Positions 59,823 to 64,000 of a stretch of 64,000 nt of DNA are shown here, one piece after another. Each line of letters begins with the position of its first letter. Position 1 is the first letter of the stretch. Below the pieces are notes generated by a model. The model made no database searches. It was not told the origin of the DNA and was given only the letters and a program-made list of their open reading frames with translations. A program made the position numbers and the translations under genes. This stretch comes from a virus (taxonomy: Duplodnaviria > Caudoviricetes). The DNA lies in IMG/VR virus record IMGVR_UViG_3300025030_000042; one strand, 5' to 3'.

Positions 59823-62537
59823 TTAAATGGCACGACGAGGAGACATTTTTTTGTTCATCACATCAACAATCCGCTTGTCGATTTCTTTGCCGTCCAATTG
59901 AAGGATTACGGTAAATCCTCCAGTTCCAGAGGTACCGCCGGCGCCAGAAGATGCCGTATTTGTAAGGAAGTTTGTAAAACTATTGGTTACATTGTTGACT
60001 TTGGTTTCTTCAACGATTTCTTTATATCTTTGTGCTTGATCAACAAGTTTTCTTGTGTTTTCAACCGAAACTGGTTCCAAGTCGTTTGATGCTTCGACGA
60101 CGGACGATAAACTTTGTATTGTTGAGTTAAATGATATTACTTTTTTATCTGGAATACTGCCCATTGCTTTTGCTATTTTCGTAATCATTTCGGCGACGCC
60201 GGAAAGAGCAGAAACCGTTCTTTCACTAAACTTCGAAAGACTCATAAACATTATGGTCAAGAACATAAGATCTTTTGTTTTTATAAGTGCCAAAGATAAC
60301 GCCAGCGCTCCCATTCCAACAGCCAAAGCAGTTAACCCTATGGACGCCATAATCGCCCCAGGAAGCATTAATATCATTGCCAGCGATAAAGCGGTCAGAT
60401 TTAAAGCAAACGCCCCCAAAGTCTCCTGATGTTGTAATAATAGAGCAAAAAACCCTGTCAATGATTTAATAACCAATGCTATGCCGGTCATTATAAGAAA
60501 TATTCCAGCGCCAATCAACCCCACAGCAATACCAAGAGGTATCATTCCTGCCGAGGCGGCTAATGATGCCGTAGCGAGGAAATAAAGACCAACGCCGATC
60601 ATCGTCAAAATAGTAACCAACAGAACCCCTTCTCCTAATGATATTCCTTTTAATGATTTTGCCAATAATGCGATACCTGCCGTTGCCAAAGCAACTCCAG
60701 CACCAATCATCATTATTGCCAAACCCAAAGCAAGCATTGGTCCAACCGATGCTTTTGTTGTGGCGGTTTGTTCTTTTTGAACCTTATTTAATGCTTTATC
60801 GGTTGCCATTTCCACATTTCGTGCGGTTATTTTTGCCCATATTTTACTTATAAATCCGGTCAATATTCCCGCTCCGTTTTTAACGACGCGATTTAAAACA
60901 AATAATACACCAGTAACAGATACTACTATTGGAATAAGTTTTCCGCCCCAAGCCTCATTCCATTGTAAGATTTTATCAATAAAACCACGAACAACATCAA
61001 TAACCGGACGCATACTTACGGCAAACATCATCATTGTTTGTCTCAACTTATCTGTTATTGATTGTGTTATTTTTGTCATATCCGCCATTTGTTTTTGTGT
61101 CAGCGCTTCTTTTTGTGATGCCGCAATATTTTTATCTATATCTCCGGTCAATAACTTTCGGACTTCTCCTTCGTCTTTTAAAGATGGAATGACATCACGA
61201 ACCGATTGTAGAAAATAATATCGCTGTGCTTCGGTCATTGTGTCCAATGATTTTCCAGACTTTTTAAATGCTTCTCCAAGCATTCTTATTCTGTCGGCTG
61301 GATCAACATTTTTAATCATTGTCATTGAATCAAGAAAACCACCACTCAATATTTGATTTAACTTTCCTACTGCTTCACCAGCGCTCGCAAAGGTATCAAA
61401 CTGTTTGGTGATTCCTATTAAAGAAGAAACCTGAATACCTGTACTTTTTGCTACTGCCGAAAGTTCTTTAAACTTTTGTATTGCCGTATCTCCAAAAGCA
61501 GTCAATGAAGGTAGAGCATTGCGAAAATCCTCTGCCATTTGTTTCGGAGATAACCCCAAAGCAACACCGGTGGCAACGATTTCTTTTTGTGCCGTCATCG
61601 CTTGATTTACATTGAGTCCAAGCGATTTCGTCATTCCTTGAATATTTTCGGCAGTTGTTTCACTATCAACTCCAAGTTTTTCCATTGTTGCTGAAAATAA
61701 TGAAAGTTCTCTTTGAGTTTGCCTGTTCAACAGAGTAAAATCTGTAAAAACGCGTCTTAAAGATTCAATAGATTTTGCCGCATCTTCCGTGCTGATACCC
61801 AAGGTTAAATGATCTTTTCCAAGATCGACAATCATATTGTCATATTCACCAATGGCACCAGTAGCACGATTAAATGACGCTAAAGCAAAATCTTGTTCTT
61901 TAATCAACATTCCGGTTGCTTCTTCAACTTTTAATAAAGAAGATTTAAATATATTTGTTAAAGATATAGCTTTTGCTATACCTTTCCCAATACTAGCAAT
62001 AGCTTTTCCAATATCTTCTGCGGATAAAAGTTGAGATATTAAAGAAGATTTATCCGAACTTATCCCCGTCAATATTGTTATAATGCGTTCGGTGGTATTT
62101 TCAATATTTTGATATGTTTCTTCTTGTTCTTTTATTGTCTTATTTGTTTCTTCATATGCTTTCTTTTCTTTATCTAAAATATCTTTCTTTTCTTTCCAAT
62201 GCTTTTTTGCTTCTTCGTATTGATCTCGTTGTATTTTTTCTTGTTCTTTGAGATTATTTAAATGTTCTTCAGATACATCATTTAGTTTTTTAGCATCTTC
62301 TAATAACTTTTCAGCATTTTTCAGTTTATGCTGTTGATCAATAAGTTCTTCATCAGAAAGAGTTACTTCTTTTTTAGATATTTCAAGACGCTTTTGTGCC
62401 TTTTCTTCAATATCGGTTAAAAGATCGAGTTTTTCTTTTTCAAGTTCAATCTCTTTCTTTAACTTTTCAATATTTTGTTGTCTTTTGTTAACGATATTCG
62501 TTATCGTTTTAAGGAGTTCTTCTTCGGGAGTTGCCAT
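59823..62537 (-). CDS. Tail tape-measure protein
   Basis: 904 aa; N-terminal coiled coil; A/G/L/I-rich amphipathic repeats with TM-like segments; position in the tail operon. Confidence 0.85.
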   Translation of the reverse strand: MATPEEELLKTITNIVNKRQQNIEKLKKEIELEKEKLDLLTDIEEKAQKRLEISKKEVTLSDEELIDQQHKLKNAEKLLEDAKKLNDVSEEHLNNLKEQEKIQRDQYEEAKKHWKEKKDILDKEKKAYEETNKTIKEQEETYQNIENTTERIITILTGISSDKSSLISQLLSAEDIGKAIASIGKGIAKAISLTNIFKSSLLKVEEATGMLIKEQDFALASFNRATGAIGEYDNMIVDLGKDHLTLGISTEDAAKSIESLRRVFTDFTLLNRQTQRELSLFSATMEKLGVDSETTAENIQGMTKSLGLNVNQAMTAQKEIVATGVALGLSPKQMAEDFRNALPSLTAFGDTAIQKFKELSAVAKSTGIQVSSLIGITKQFDTFASAGEAVGKLNQILSGGFLDSMTMIKNVDPADRIRMLGEAFKKSGKSLDTMTEAQRYYFLQSVRDVIPSLKDEGEVRKLLTGDIDKNIAASQKEALTQKQMADMTKITQSITDKLRQTMMMFAVSMRPVIDVVRGFIDKILQWNEAWGGKLIPIVVSVTGVLFVLNRVVKNGAGILTGFISKIWAKITARNVEMATDKALNKVQKEQTATTKASVGPMLALGLAIMMIGAGVALATAGIALLAKSLKGISLGEGVLLVTILTMIGVGLYFLATASLAASAGMIPLGIAVGLIGAGIFLIMTGIALVIKSLTGFFALLLQHQETLGAFALNLTALSLAMILMLPGAIMASIGLTALAVGMGALALSLALIKTKDLMFLTIMFMSLSKFSERTVSALSGVAEMITKIAKAMGSIPDKKVISFNSTIQSLSSVVEASNDLEPVSVENTRKLVDQAQRYKEIVEETKVNNVTNSFTNFLTNTASSGAGGTSGTGGFTVILQLDGKEIDKRIVDVMNKKMSPRRAI

Positions 62538-62542
62538 TTAGA

Positions 62543-63037
62543 TTATTTAAAAGGCCAAATCAAGTTCGTTGTTCTCTCGAACTTTTTGACCGCTCCATCA
62601 AGCATATGCTTTGAACGATATGTCTCTGGATCTTCTAACCCGTATTTCTTATATGCTTCAATATATCTTTTTTCTTTTTGAAGTGTTCCATAAAAACTTT
62701 CAACTTCTCTTTTTGTTCCACGAACGGAAACTGGAATAGTATTCATTCCAAACATTCGCTCCAATATTGTTTTAACCCAAGCGCCCCACATCGCAAGAAA
62801 ACTTTCATTTAGTTGACCACGATTTGCTATTCCAAGATCGACCACAATCGGCTGTTGATTCATTATTTCCTCGCTTTCTCCAATGGGAGGTGCGCTTTCG
62901 GAACGCTCCGGATTTGGATGCTCTGTGTATGGAGGAACATTTGGGTGTCCTCCCTTTGAGATAAGTTCAACTTTTTTCTTTTTATGACCGGAAATCATTT
63001 TCTGTTGAAATGGTTCCGTTTCGTTGAGATTTTTCAT
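62543..63037 (-). CDS. Hypothetical late/structural protein
   Basis: Start set to MKNLNE at 63037 with GAGG RBS and CTATTTA upstream. Confidence 0.6.
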   Translation of the reverse strand: MKNLNETEPFQQKMISGHKKKKVELISKGGHPNVPPYTEHPNPERSESAPPIGESEEIMNQQPIVVDLGIANRGQLNESFLAMWGAWVKTILERMFGMNTIPVSVRGTKREVESFYGTLQKEKRYIEAYKKYGLEDPETYRSKHMLDGAVKKFERTTNLIWPFK

Positions 63038-63153
63038 ATAGAAACCCTCAACATAAATAGATATATGATTTGTTTTTAGATAACACTTTGAAATATTTAA
63101 ACATTTTTTATTTGATTTTAAAATGTATTTACCATAAGGAGATAAAACATAAT

Positions 63154-63783
63154 ATGGGGTTTTCAAAAGCAAGATATAAAACACACGAAGAGTTTAAAGA
63201 TATTTGTGTGGGATATCCAGTCGGTTCCAACACTCCGAATATTCGTCCTTGTTCGGAGATTAGAAAATTGTGTATTCAAGAAATGAGTGTTTTTTCTCCG
63301 TTTAATGTATTAGATGTTGGTGGTAGAAACGGCGTTCATCATAGCGAGCTATTAAATGAAAATCTCACTTCTAATATCAATAAATATTATGTTCTTGAAA
63401 CAGACGCATTTGTATCATCTTATCGAACAATATCTAATCCAAATATAAAACTTATTTCATCTCTCAATGATTGTGACAATAAAGATAAAATCGATCTTAT
63501 TTATACAAACGGTGGATTTCAATATATGAAGTGTCCTTTAACCGATTTTGTTGATCGGTTTAATCCAAAAATGTTCTTATTTGAAAGAACATCGGTTTCA
63601 AATGAAGAATCCTTTTATACTGTTCAAGATTTTGGTGGAAACCTGGCGTATCGCGTTTATGGCAAAGAAGAGTTGGAAACTTCTTTAAAAGATTATGATT
63701 TAATAAAAGAAGATGATTTTGATATGAGATTTGAAAAAGGTTACGGATTTATTCCAAAATCAATGCTTTGGAAAAGAAAATAA
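63154..63783 (+). CDS. SAM-dependent methyltransferase
   Basis: VLDVGG motif I, YTNGGFQY, FERT; AAGGAG RBS before the ATG at 63154. Confidence 0.7.
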   Translation: MGFSKARYKTHEEFKDICVGYPVGSNTPNIRPCSEIRKLCIQEMSVFSPFNVLDVGGRNGVHHSELLNENLTSNINKYYVLETDAFVSSYRTISNPNIKLISSLNDCDNKDKIDLIYTNGGFQYMKCPLTDFVDRFNPKMFLFERTSVSNEESFYTVQDFGGNLAYRVYGKEELETSLKDYDLIKEDDFDMRFEKGYGFIPKSMLWKRK

Positions 63784-63785
63784 TA

Positions 63786-63998
63786 TTATTTGGATTTGCT
63801 TCTTGCTTTTTGATTTGCTTTTTCGACCGCTTCTTGTTCTTTCTCAAGTTGCTTGGTCAAAAGATCAACATAATAGTTACGAAGTTCTATTGGCAAGTTA
63901 TATGCTTCAATAAATGACCAACCGCCATAATATTTCATCAAATGAAACTGTTCATACACCTTTCGTATATAAGAACTACTTAAACCAAAAAAAGCTTG
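63786..63998 (-). CDS. Tail-assembly-chaperone extension (T4 gp51-like or G-T-type), lacking its own start within the window
   Basis: Not in ORF track; reads FFGLSSSYIRKVYEQFHLMKYYGGWSFIEAYNLPIELRNYY...; overlapping frame ends ASFFWFK* across a T7 run. Confidence 0.6.
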   Translation of the reverse strand, partial: QAFFGLSSSYIRKVYEQFHLMKYYGGWSFIEAYNLPIELRNYYVDLLTKQLEKEQEAVEKANQKARSKSK

Positions 63999-64000
63999 CC

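Noticed and set aside
17044-62681. Many plus-strand ORFs in the track overlapping core genes (e.g. 17159-17464, 23211-23809, 43619-43939, 60055-60429)
   Set aside because: These are antisense shadows of strong minus-strand genes, with no RBS or recognisable motifs.
1-64000. Alternative genetic code (stop-codon reassignment)
   Set aside because: Long core genes (GroEL, NrdJ, DnaB, tape measure) are intact in code 11 and coding density is high.
1-64000. CRISPR array, DGR/reverse transcriptase, integrase or transposase
   Set aside because: I saw no regularly spaced repeats, template/variable repeat pair, RT motif or recombinase motif.

Overview
This is a 64 kb segment of an AT-rich jumbo/large tailed phage genome in standard genetic code, almost entirely on the minus strand. 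(1) 1-16 kb is an early/accessory region of many short ORFs. Its first 5 kb contain GC-richer genes and seven copies of a non-canonical promoter-like motif (AAATAWT-N10-GATCGTATAAY). (2) 13-31 kb holds chaperones (Hsp20, GroEL), an endolysin with an HNH gene and a duplicated endolysin fragment, and nucleotide-metabolism and methylation genes (Gmk, GuaB, Dam-type and MT-A70 methylases, dUTPase, dCMP deaminase, a divergent PurA). (3) 31-53.4 kb is the replication core: a DnaE fractured by a split intein around a free-standing Vsr-like endonuclease, ThyX, L,D-transpeptidase, GroES, an intein-containing class II RNR, DnaB-type helicase, 5'-3' exonuclease, RecA, tRNAs, gp32-like SSB, a divergent tubulin/FtsZ and a miniature family A polymerase. 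(4) 53.4-64 kb is a virion tail/baseplate module with a tape-measure gene and a candidate frameshifted tail chaperone at the window edge. The most notable items are the fractured dnaE, about 20 dispersed paralogs of a small 'KxGDLV' beta-barrel protein, three structurally atypical tRNAs (including a tRNA-Asn with a long variable arm), RBS-sequestering hairpins on both homing endonucleases, and several enzymes with degenerate catalytic motifs. All protein family calls come from motif recognition by eye, not database searches.
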